The notes: generated from the letters alone by a model not told the origin. DNA of 63,263 nucleotides, filler included, from Octopus bimaculoides (GCF_001194135.2; 6 parts of 6 records of this genome joined end to end with filler, not necessarily neighbours in it), one strand, 5' to 3'; shown: positions 38,620 to 49,297, counted from the first letter of the whole stretch. Translations and numbers: made by a program.

Positions 38620-39063
38620 GAGTGGGTCTTCTCTAAAACCTCACATCACCAGAAATCTTGGTTCAGTGTCATTTCCTCTGTGAGTCCCAACATCCTGAGA
38701 TCAGTCCTCACCACTTCATCCCATGTCTTCTTGGATCTCCCTCTTCCACAGCTGCCATCCAGTTTTAGTGACTGGCACTTCTTTATACAGCTGTCTTCAT
38801 TCATATGCATCACATGTCCAAACTAGCATAGTCTTCTCTCTTGCATGCTGCATTTGATTCTTCTTATGCCCAACTTTTCTCTCAACACATTTGCACTCTG
38901 TCGTTCATGCACATTGATGCTGCATCTCCTGCAGAGCATGCTGCCTTCATTTCTCAGTTGTCTACTCATGTCCTGTGCATTCAGAGCCCAAGTTTAAGAG
39001 ATTGACACTTCTCTATGCAACTGTCCTCATCCATCCACATCACATGACCAAACCAGTGCAGTG
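38620..39063 (-). mobile_element. RTE-clade LINE 3' fragments (two overlapping pieces)
   Basis: Translates to LREKLGIRRIKCSMQERRL.*FGHVMHMNEDSCIKKCQSLKLDGSCGRGRSKKTWDEVVRTDL. A second copy of LHWFGHVMWMDEDSCIEKCQSLKL lies at about 38990-39063. Confidence 0.85.
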
Positions 39064-39993
39064 GGGAAAGTAATTTTGCTAGTCAGAGAGTATGATAGGA
39101 TTAGATTAAGTTACCAGCAAGTCAACAGCAACAGTTATCTCTGCATGACAGAAGAACCACTTCTGTGAAACTCTTCTGAAGACTATTTCCGTGATGATCA
39201 ACAGTGGCTTCATTATCATGGTGGCAGTTTCATGTTGGCCAACATATTGATGGCTTCCATGACATACATAGATATGGATCAAGAAATTAGGAGGATGTAT
39301 AAATATAATACTTCTTTCCATTAAAAAAGAATTCCATTGTTCATGGCTTAAAATCTTTCTGTTCAATTTCATGATTCACAATGTTTCACAAGTGAGTTTT
39401 CTTGGAAGTTAACAATGTCNNNNNNNNNNNNNNNNNNNNNNNNNNNNNNNNNNNNNNNNNNNNNNNNNNNNNNNNNNNNNNNNNNNNNNNNNNNNNNNNN
39501 NNNNNNNNNNNNNNNNNNNNNNNNNNNNNNNNNNNNNNNNNNNNNNNNNNNNNNNNNNNNNNNNNNNNNNNNNNNNNNNNNNNNNNNNNNNNNNNNNNNN
39601 NNNNNNNNNNNNNNNNNNNNNNNNNNNNNNNNNNNNNNNNNNNNNNNNNNNNNNNNNNNNNNNNNNNNNNNNNNNNNNNNNNNNNNNNNNNNNNNNNNNN
39701 NNNNNTCCATGACCCTCCCAAGAATAAGTGGGCAAAGATGAGATGACAGTGTTTTACATACACTTTCCCTAGAAAAGGCAACATAGCTTGATCACAGCAA
39801 GGATGTGGCAGACTTGAGTAAAAATTCCCTTACTAGATAGTCTTTTTTGTCTTAGGAAAAGCTGAGAATGTGTAATTTTTCTTGTGAAATAATCTGTATA
39901 AGTAAGATAGAAAAACCAACTGTTTCAATTGTTATATGAATTATTTGTTATATTACTTTTGTTTTTCATTTGATCTTTTGTGATTATTTACAG

Positions 39994-40911
39994 ATGGAGC
40001 AGATTAAAGTGCAAAATCAACAGCAACAGATGCTTATTTCTCAGAATCAAGATTCTTTAAATCTGGATAAATCTGAAGAAATGGAACAAGCATTAGACAT
40101 CCTGAAACATTCTAATCTTGAAGTGGAACTTTCTGCAAAAGAAAAAGAAATCAGCCAGCTTGTTGATGATGTGCAACGACTGCAGATGTCACAAACAAAA
40201 CTACGTGAGTCAACAACTGCTCGGATCAACCAGCTAGAAGAAGAACTCAATCAGAAGAACACTGCATACCAAGAACTTGAAGAAAAATTGAAATTACAAG
40301 GAGATTATGATGAGATTAGCCGAGAGTTAAATATTTTGAAATCCATTGAATTTTGTAAATCTTCTGACGAAGTTTCTGTACCTCAGTCAAAGTCACTGGA
40401 GCTTTTACTTCTGGAGAAAAATAAAAGTTTACAAGCTGAGACGACACAGCTGAAGATGGCCAATAGTGAGTTGAGCAAACAATATACAAAACTGCAGGAC
40501 AGCTATAAAGAAGCTGCTTCTACTCTTACCGAACAAAAAACAATGATATCTCAACTTGAAGAGGATTTACGCAGTGTTAATGCATTATCTTCAATGTTTC
40601 GTGGTGCAGCTGAAGGTGTTGAAGCTAAACCTGTTACTCCCACTGCTGAGGTTATGGCAGATTTTGTTAAAGAGATGACTCCTCCAGTGAATGGAGAGAA
40701 TGACAAGTCTTCTCTAACTGCCGCTTCCTCTCTTCTACCAATTGTCCAAAGTCAAAGAGAACGTTACCGTCTGCGAGCCCAGGATCTAGAAACACAGAAT
40801 TTGGTTTTGAAACAACAAGTCACTTTGCTCCAGAATGAGACTGACAAACTCCGATCTGACAATGTCAAGCTGTATGAGAAAATACGATTCTTACAAAGTT
40901 ATCCATCAAAA
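39994..40911 (+). CDS. CUX1: Protein CASP (CUX1/CASP golgin, Coy1 homolog), penultimate exon; 5' exons not in this scaffold
   Basis: Acceptor tttacag ends at 39993. The 918-nt exon is stop-free and ends at a GTAAGT donor (40912), phase 0. The peptide matches vertebrate CASP motifs: LEVELSAKEKEISQLVDDVQRLQ, ELNILKSIEF, LLLEKNKSLQ, IVQSQRERYR, LRSDNVKLYEKIRFLQSYP. Confidence 0.95.
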
Positions 40912-42742
40912 GTAAGTAGTTTAATGTTTGTATCTTTTTTTTTTTTTAAATTCTTTTTCTGTCATATTTGCTGACATATCTGATGCCATTTTATTTTTGA
41001 AATGTATCAAAAATTTGCTTTATGTCTTATTCAGCTGCAATGTGGATGAGTGACCAAGTGTTGTAAGTTAGGGAGCTGGATGGGCATAAGTATGTGAGGC
41101 CAATAATTGTTACTAGTAGTAAAATATTGAAAACAAGCCAAAATATCTCAGTCTTCTAGCACAAGCTTATGAAAAATTGCTTGCAGAACATCAACAGTTA
41201 TAAGGAGAGGTCACATTATCTCATTATACCTCCTTCCCCAGCATACCTGATACATGACTTACATTATTATTTAGTGATCTTGTTACCATTAAGAAACATT
41301 TGTTTTAATTATCCAACTGCAAATTCACCTAGAAAGATGAAAAGAATATTAAGCTTTCATCTGTCTATCAAATATTTGCAATGACAGAGCCAAAAACATG
41401 AGTTTTACATTCTGTGTCATAATTCTCTTGACCAAAATATAAACAACTTATGCAGTTTATTTGGAAGAAGGTAAAGTATGGTACTCCCACAACATAATTT
41501 ATTTATGATAAATTTATGGTTTCATACTTTATTCCAGTCTACTCTTCCCCTGGTGAAGAGGATTGGCCTGCAAGAGTCCTGTGCTGGTGCCAAAAATAAA
41601 CTTGTACTGGTACCCTGTAAACGCACTTGTGTTGTCCATATTGAAATCATCCAGCACACACTGGTAAAGTGGTTGGTGTTAGGAAGGGCATCCAACCATA
41701 GAAACCGTGCCAAATCAAACCTGATGCAGCTCTCTGGCTTACCAGCCCAGGTCAAATTGTCCAACCCATGCCAACATGGAAAATGGATGTTAAATGATGA
41801 TACTATAGCATATTATTAACATGTACAGAATCATAAATTTTTCCCTAGAAAACCACTTTAAAATATCTTTCAGTAAGTGCATGGTAGAATATATTAAATT
41901 TGTTTTTTTCCTTAAAATATACTAGTAAAATAGAGTTCATCTCATATGAGAATGTGTCTTATATACCAGCAAGCATGGTTTTTATTCAAATAATTTTTTA
42001 ATGAACATTTTTCATTTATTTCAGTTATGATTTCATTAGAGTTGACATGATGTTAAATGAAACCTGTAGTCAGTGTAATGCAACTGATTTAGTCAGAAGT
42101 TTTTATATCATTCCACTTTTAGTTAATTACTGATTATTAAGTAGAATTAAACCAAATATGAATATTCAAGTGATATTTTTGTATTTCTGATCCAAATGTT
42201 AAATTGAGGCTATTATTTTAAAGCTAGTTTAAAAATACCAACAGAACTGTTTGAAAGCCTGTCAATTCCTATTCTTGGATGGTAACATGTTGCCTGGCTT
42301 ATTTCTCTTATCACTTTCTTGCAAGCATTCAGGTCAGTTTTCCAGTCTCAAAAAATCTTCTTCCCTTCTACCCACTAGTCATGTAAACTGTAACTCTTCT
42401 CTAATGAAGAGTGATGGCTGTTTTAAATATAAGAGTTATATTTGCTGAGGTTAACATGTACGATGTTGTATGGTGGTGAGGTATTGAGAAAGAGTGTAGA
42501 AGGTTTGTGGGGGTCAGACAGAAATGAGATAGCTAAGGCTTCATGTATATATTAGAGCTGAACTTTAAGGGCATCAACATTGGGTGTGCATTAGGGATTG
42601 AGACACATGATAATATGCCATTTTGAAGTGATAAGGATGTACACAAGCTAGTCTTGAAAGGTTTTTGTTCTTCTGTATTTTTTTTTTTGTCAATTGTTCT
42701 GCCTCTGCCACCAAATGTAAAGCTATTTCTCTGTATTTTCAG
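40912..42742 (+). other. CUX1: CASP intron (1831 nt, GT-AG, phase 0)
   Basis: GTAAGT at 40912 and gtattttcAG ending at 42742. Joining the exons gives in-frame YPSK|SESHINVDETESQYSSQYEERLNPF. Confidence 0.9.
41560..41802 (+). mobile_element. Non-autonomous RTE-related retroelement in the CASP intron; second copy at about 61845-62070
   Basis: Both copies share ggtgctggtgcca..gtaaagtggttgg..aggaagggcatcca.ccatagaaacc.tgccaaa..tgtccaac.ca.gcca.cat. The first ends taaatgatgat. Confidence 0.7.
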
Positions 42743-43123
42743 TCTGAATCTCACATCAATGTCGACGAAACAGAAAGCCAGTACTCTTCTCAGTATGAGG
42801 AGAGACTTAACCCATTCAACACATTTAACCGCAAGGAAAGAATGAAGCGTTATATGAACTTGAAACCATATGACAAGATTACATTAAGCATGGGCCGTTT
42901 CATTATGGGCAACAAAGTTGCTCGTACTGTCACCTTCTTTTACACAATCTTCCTCCACTGTTTTGTATTCTTGGTTCTTTATAAATTGGCACACACCGAG
43001 TCCTGTAAACGGGATATGGCTGCTGAATGCCAAGCTCGCTTTGCTGAACATATGATGAAGTTTCACAAACACACCGATACAGAAGTGAAGGAGCGACACC
43101 TTTTCTTAGATGGTCATCAATAG
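42743..43123 (+). CDS. CUX1: Protein CASP last coding exon (CASP_C end, TMD, lumenal tail)
   Basis: Encodes YSSQYEERLNPF, YDKITLSMGR, the TMD RTVTFFYTIFLHCFVFLVLYKLA (42926-42982, with the CASP-type Tyr and His) and RFAEHMMKFH. TAG stop at 43121-43123. Confidence 0.95.
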   Translation, partial: SESHINVDETESQYSSQYEERLNPFNTFNRKERMKRYMNLKPYDKITLSMGRFIMGNKVARTVTFFYTIFLHCFVFLVLYKLAHTESCKRDMAAECQARFAEHMMKFHKHTDTEVKERHLFLDGHQ

Positions 43124-43754
43124 AACCAATACATGGGGGCAGTCCTTTTTAAAGTTCTTACTGTCCCTTTCTTCTCTCGTCTGAGTTATAAACACGTCAG
43201 CCATATACTATATACACACTTGTGTGTATGTAATGTATCTATGTATAGGAGTGTATGTATTTGTTGTATGTATGAATACATGTGTATGTGTATATGTATA
43301 TATATGTGTGTGTATGTTTGTATATATATCTATATGTATGTATATATACATATATATGTGTGTGTATGTAAGTATATCACATTATGCACACACACACATT
43401 TAGAGGTGTGGGTGTACTAACAACTGAGTATGACTTGGTAACTTGTACTATTCTTTTACTAATTGTTTTTGGTGCCTCTGTAGTCATGAGCAGACATAGT
43501 CACCTTGGCCCTCCTATGCTTGATTCCATGGAACATCCAGGATTTGACTGCTAGAGGGAAAGATAGCTGCACCAGCATTTGGCTAGTGCGCTTTTTCAGC
43601 TAAGTGGACTACAGCAGCATGTAAGAATTGCATTGCTCAAAGACACTGCATTGTCTAGTCCATGAAGCAAATCCATGACCTTGTGACTGTGCAGTCAACA
43701 TATCCTATCTACTAGGGTACATGCATTCACGTGTGTGTGTGTGTGTGCATGATG

Positions 43755-44912
43755 AGTATGTAGTAAGCAAGGAGGATTTTAAATGCATATCTCGTGAAGA
43801 GATTAATCAAGCCAGCATCTTATTGACAGAAATGAAATCACTAATTTGTTTGATCACATCTCTATGAGGCTGACTGTAGATATGAGCTTCACACACTTAT
43901 ACACACACATACTCACACACACATATATTACATTCTATACACTTTTGTCAAGTATGTGTATGATTAACATTCTTTAATGTTTTGTCTCTTGTACGATGAA
44001 ACATACATTTGGACCAGCGTACTGTGTGTGTATGGTTGTGTATGTGTGTGTGTGTGCATAAGTTTGAAGGGCAAGTCTTCAGCCCGTCCCCCCACAAACT
44101 ACCCTTTAAAAAAAAAATTTTTGGAATACGAATCTGCAAAAAAATTGGCAAAAATCAGCAGTTTTAAATTACCCCCGACCCCAACCCCTACCCCTCCTTC
44201 ATTTTTAAAAACTTTTTTCAGAATTTTTTTTTTAAAAATACAGAGATTATGATTCTGAAACAAATTTCCAAAAATTTTTGTCAANNNNNNNNNNGACAAA
44301 AATTTCAAAACATTTCTGTAGTTACGGTTAGGGTTTTAGGGTAGGGTTAGGGGGTTAGGGCTAGGGTTTTAGAGTTAGGGTTACGGTTTTCGGGTTAGGG
44401 TTAGGGTTACGGTTTTAGGGTTAGGGTTAGGGTTAGTGTTGGGGTAAAAAGTCAAAATTGAAGAATTGGTGGTGGGGGAAATTTAACAACGTGCGTTTTT
44501 GGCAATTTTCCGGAACCTCCGTATCCAAAAACGGGGGTTTTTGGCAAAAAATAAATAAATAAAATAAACAAATTTGGGAGAAAATGGTGGGGTGGGAGGA
44601 CAGGCAGATGTCTTTCAGTATGAAGTAAGCAAGGATGATTTTAAATGCATATCTAGTGAGGAGAGTAATCAAGCCAGCATCTTATTGACAAAAATGAAAT
44701 CACTAATTTGTTCGATCACATCACTATGAGGCTGGCTGTAGATATGAGCTTCATGTACTTACCCACACACACACACACATATATATGTATTACATTCTAT
44801 ACACTTCTGTCAGTTGTGTGTAATTAACATTCTTTAATGTTTTGTATTTTGTATGATGAAACACACGTTTGGACCAGCATACTGTGTGTATGGTTGTGTA
44901 TGTCTGTGTGTG
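43755..44912 (+). repeat. Direct repeats of about 300 bp (43755-44050, 44616-44912) flanking an insert with telomere-like repeats
   Basis: The two copies align end to end with scattered substitutions. Confidence 0.9.
44320..44436 (+). repeat. Degenerate interstitial (TTAGGG)n array
   Basis: ggttagggttttagggtagggttaggggttagggctaggg...ggttagggttagggttag. Confidence 0.9.
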
Positions 44913-46199
44913 TTACTCAAGAACCAGTGAAATTCCAAAGAAAACTTCTTTGGACTGTTATTTCCCCAGATCATTGTATTTTGTACAAGTTCCAAAAAAT
45001 TGTCGATTCTTTTTCTTCAGCTGTAACATACATGCCTATGCCAACTGTCATACATATATCTACACCTAAACTTTCTTACATACCTATATATACACATATG
45101 TATTACATCAAACATATATACCTACACCAAACTGTGTTACATGTATTGTATCCCCTACAGTATTGATAATTTAGTCAATATGATAAACACATATCTTTCC
45201 ATATTTGATATTCATTTTCTATCTACTGTTACTTGTTAATTTCTTTAGCAGTTTTCATTTCAGTTTCTCTCAAGATGAAACAAAGTATTGCCATGAATTT
45301 GTTATCTTTCCAGGGTTTATACATAACATTCTTTGCTACATCACTGTTGTAAATCATGTATCAGCTTTTTATAAGGGATCAAAGCCTCAATTAGGAAGGG
45401 GCTATATGGGCTTAGCATTAACTTCCCCCTGTGGAGGGATCTAAATAGATTTTGATTATTGGTTTGTAATGGTCAGTTTTTGTAAAACATAATGACTGAG
45501 ATTAAGGTGTTTGACTATTGTGGGCATTGCCTTGAGTTCAATTTATACTAATTCAGCCAGATTGTATTCTTTTGCTGGACAAGATATATAATTGCGCTTG
45601 CTTTAGTCTGTTTTAGTGATTATATATTTCACTTTTCCTTTCCATTTGACTGAAACGTTTAGCTGTAAAAGCAGTTAACTAGTTAATGGTAAGAGAGAGA
45701 CATTTAACTATAAAAATAGTTTACAAGTTAATGATAGGAGAGACATCTAGCTGTAAAAACACTCAACTGGTTAATGATAGAAATGACACTGAGCTGTAAA
45801 AAAAGTGAACTGGTTAATGGTAGGAAAGATATATGGCTGTAAAAACAGTTAATCTGCCAGTATATACAAGTACAAATTTGTTAAAACCTTCCCAGCTATG
45901 ATTATACTTAAAATAGATAGATAGCAAAGCTATATCAAAGAAATAAGAAATTCTATATTGCAGAAGTTATTTTACAGTTTTTACCCCTTTTTTTCTTCTT
46001 CTTATTCTAAGGATTGGGAAACTAGTTTTTATGATGAGTGTTGAGTTTTCATTAGCAGAATTTCTAAGGAAGTTCACATCTGTTGAAATATCAGCTGAAA
46101 TCTGATGACAGAGTGTTCCTGGTAGAATATTTAAAATGCTTCTCACAGGATACTTACATTAGTTTGTATTTAAGAAAAAGAAGCAAAAATCTAATTAGA

Positions 46200-46345
46200 T
46201 AAGTGGCAAATTAGTAAAGTCATTTGAGCTTAGGACAAAATACCTTGTAGTGTTTATTGTAGCTCTTTATATACTGAGTGCAAGTCCTACCAAAGTCAAC
46301 TTTACCTGTCATCCCTTCAAGATCAATAAAATAAAGTACCAGTCT
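46200..46345 (+). mobile_element. SINE family B, heavily CpG-decayed
   Basis: caagtcctaccaaagtcaactttacctgtcatcccttcaagatcaataaaataaagtaccag. Confidence 0.65.
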
Positions 46346-48001
46346 AGAGCGGTGGGCATATTGCCTTAGGGTATTGGTTCAAACCTTTTGTGTACTGTAT
46401 TCTTAGGTGGTCAACTTAGCTTGATGCCCAGTTTAACACCATCTAATCTCTAATTTTAGGAGCTTGTTTTTTTAGTTCTATTTTCAAACAGGGAATTTTG
46501 AAATCTAAATTGTCAAACCTAATTATTATTAGGCATTATAAACTGCAATATTTTCTGTGATCACCATGAAGATATTGGTTGCACGCTACTGTATATAAGT
46601 CATTGACTCTTGTGGAATCAATTTATCACTTACTGTGTACTACATCAATGCATGTGCATATATATGTGAGAGAGAAAGTCAATTTTTAATATTGGAACTA
46701 GTCATAAACTGACTAGAAAGAAGACTTTCAGAAGTGAAAATTGTACTGAAGTCATGTGAAATATCAGCAAGTAATACCTTCTTTTCTAAACTGCAGCCAG
46801 ACAACTTCATATTGAAACAATACGCTCTAAGCTCAGCTTGTGCAGGAAGCTGATATTTTAGCATGAAAACAGTTTGTTTTGGTTCTTTGTTTTTTGATTT
46901 TTGTATCCTTATCCATTTCAGTTCTCTTATGTCTATGAATTTGATGAGGAAAACTGAGAAATAAGGCTTCCTTCTTCTTCTTGGCTGGATACTAAACATT
47001 GGTGCGCTATGGGTTTTGTGATATATCATTTATGTTGAATATTTTATTTCTCAATTTGAAAGAATTCAATTGTTTACATATTTTAATAAAGATATTTTAA
47101 AGAGCTTCAGAACAAAGTGTTTGTTTCACTGCTTTCCATTAACTTCAAAGAAGATTAGCAGGAAATCTCCAGGAGAAGAGATATCTTGTCTTTAGTGTAC
47201 TCTGACTCCCAAATTTCTTTACAACTACAGCTTGCTAATAAAATTGAAGAGCTTTCAAATTATATTCTGACAGAACACAACAACTTATACTGAATTTAAC
47301 TACAAACTAATAGCTTTTAGAATATATTGCAATAACAAGAATAGAAATCTCCTTTTTAACACAAAACTATACAGTATAAAACCACAACATATCTCAGACA
47401 ACCAATATAATATATGTATTTTAATGCAATCATGGAAGTTATAAGTGTCATAGCTTAAACTATTTAATGGACACACAACTACAACACTTTCTTATTGATT
47501 GACTATGCATTTACAACAAGGATTCATTGCAACTTATAATATAATTTACAAAATAAAATTGGATAGTAAAATTTGTATAGAATTAAAAAAAAAAAATGAG
47601 AATATCTATGGAAGCTTTACTAATAGAAAAATACAAAGCTAAATTAGACACACAAGTACATCTCATGTGAAAAAAAAAAGGGTATATCATGAAATCTACC
47701 AGGATTTACACTTATAGAATTTAAACCCTGCGTTGAGAATTTTATCAGGAATAAAATTATTCCTAAGACACTTTTTGACTTACTGCAGAATGTGTAGACA
47801 ACTTGCTTTTGAAAATAATTTGTTCCCTATGATCACCAAAAAACAAAAATGGAAAATAACTAAAGCACTAAAAAAGATGTATCATTAATAACAAAAGATG
47901 ACATTGAATGCAATCCTCTTTGTAAGATATATAGTTATGTCTATATGTTTGTATATGTATATTAATGTACGTGTGTGTGGAAGTGTGTGTATATATATAT
48001 C

Positions 48002-48355
48002 AAGTAGTTGTATACTGCCAACTTAACGTGACAGTCCCAATAAGGGAATATACTACTGCTATTTAGCCCTAGGAAGCTGGACCTCTTCCTGTCGGCCTTG
48101 ACACATTTCCTGTGTCCTTATGTTTGCGAGGGGGAGACAGGCGTCTTCAACCAGCTGGTCATGCTACTTCATGCTGATGACGAGCAAAGACTCAGAGACA
48201 TGTCCCTGAATGCTGGCTCGGCTGGGTGGAGGAGGTTGTCTCCCCCTTGCAAACATGAGGACACAGGAAATGTGTCAAGGCCGACAGGAAGCGGTCCAGC
48301 TTCCTAGGGTTAATTAGCAGTAGTATATTCACTTATTGGGAGTATACAACTACTT
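48002..48355. mobile_element. Foldback/MITE with long inverted arms
   Basis: 48036-48139 versus the reverse complement of 48237-48340 match at 98/104. Perfect 15-bp termini AAGTAGTTGTATACT (48002-48016, 48341-48355). Confidence 0.9.
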
Positions 48356-48467
48356 TATCGCATCACTACTGCTTAAGTCTCTCTGAGAGATTTAGAAATG
48401 TATTATTTCTAATACATATATATATATATATATATAACATCAAAATAAGCAATAGGATATCAAGTAG

Positions 48468-48559
48468 TAATGCAGTATGACTATTTCAAGCGGCTCCATT
48501 TAATTGAACAATGCTATCATTACATCAATTTAAATGCAGTGCCATCTTCAGCTGCACTA
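48468..48559 (-). ncRNA. Hammerhead-like fold on the minus strand
   Basis: CUGAAGA (48551-48545) and GAAA (48487-48484), triplet AUA. Stem I is 8 bp (UAGUGCAG/CUGCAUUA). Stem II is a long hairpin (GGC/GCC, CAUUU/AAAUG, AAUUGA/UCAAUU). A non-canonical 3-4 nt insertion precedes GAAA. Confidence 0.45.
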
Positions 48560-48697
48560 ATAAATAGAATTTTAACCAGTAGGACACATTAATATAATTT
48601 AAACTGGTTGTGTGCATATGTGCATATATATGTATGTATACATTCGTATATGTAAGTATTCATATGTTGTATATATATTTGTATTTATTTGCTATCT

Positions 48698-48767
48698 GAG
48701 TATATTCCACTGATGAAGGCAGAGCATTTCTTATGCAGAGCCAGAAATCTGTGATCTGGAATTATTC
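48698..48767 (+). ncRNA. Type I hammerhead ribozyme candidate
   Basis: CTGATGA at 48710-48716 and GAAA at 48744-48747, with predicted AUC cleavage after 48756. Stem I is AUUCCA/UGGAAU plus 5 bp past a bulge. Stem II is GGC/GCC plus GCAU/AUGC. Stem III is AUC/GAU. There is an A-A mismatch at the base of stem II. Confidence 0.6.
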
Positions 48768-49111
48768 AGTAATTTTTTTTCCTAGTTTATTTTGTCTTTT
48801 TGTCTTCTCTCCTGGTGCTGTATGAACATTTAATGTGGTTATAGAGTCAAGATTTCACTGCTATTTCAAGCATGGTGGTATCTCTTAGATACCCTAAATT
48901 ATAGTTTTCATAATAATTATTACCTTTGAAGTTTTTATACCCATGCTAGCCACCTGATAAGATAGGTATTTTTAAATAACGATCTTATCCCTATTTATAT
49001 AAATTTATAAATTTATTTTGTCATTGTATTCACTGCGGTGGTATTTTTAACCATATCGTCCGAGGAGTTTTAGGCTGGCAATTTAAACTGGTCCTGTGCA
49101 TATGTGCATAT

Positions 49112-49179
<68 letters not shown>

Positions 49180-49197
49180 GTGCGTGTGTGTGTGTGT

Positions 49198-49297
49198 NNN
49201 NNNNNNNNNNNNNNNNNNNNNNNNNNNNNNNNNNNNNNNNNTTAATTAATTAANNNNNNNNNNNNNNNNNNNNNNNNNNNNNNNNNNNNNNNNNNNN
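49198..49297. other. Artificial scaffold-join spacer
   Basis: 44 N + TTAATTAATTAA (49242-49253) + 44 N. Confidence 0.95.

Noticed and set aside
39106-39372. 88-aa minus ORF upstream of CASP
   Set aside because: No recognisable motif, and no plus frame encodes the expected upstream CASP coiled coil.
39970-39993. ORF-track start for the 334-aa CASP ORF
   Set aside because: This is intronic polypyrimidine sequence. The real exon begins after the AG at 39993, and the ORF tail after 40911 is also intron.
42665-42742. ORF-track start for the 152-aa ORF
   Set aside because: Intronic; homology to CASP starts after the AG at 42742.
44320-44436. True chromosome end
   Set aside because: The array is short, degenerate and flanked by genomic sequence on both sides.
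46100-46135. CTGATGA CAG..CTG as a hammerhead
   Set aside because: Followed by GTAG rather than GAAA, with no stem I or III.
48098-48307. 69-aa ORF inside the foldback
   Set aside because: A by-product of the GC-rich inverted repeat, with no protein signature.
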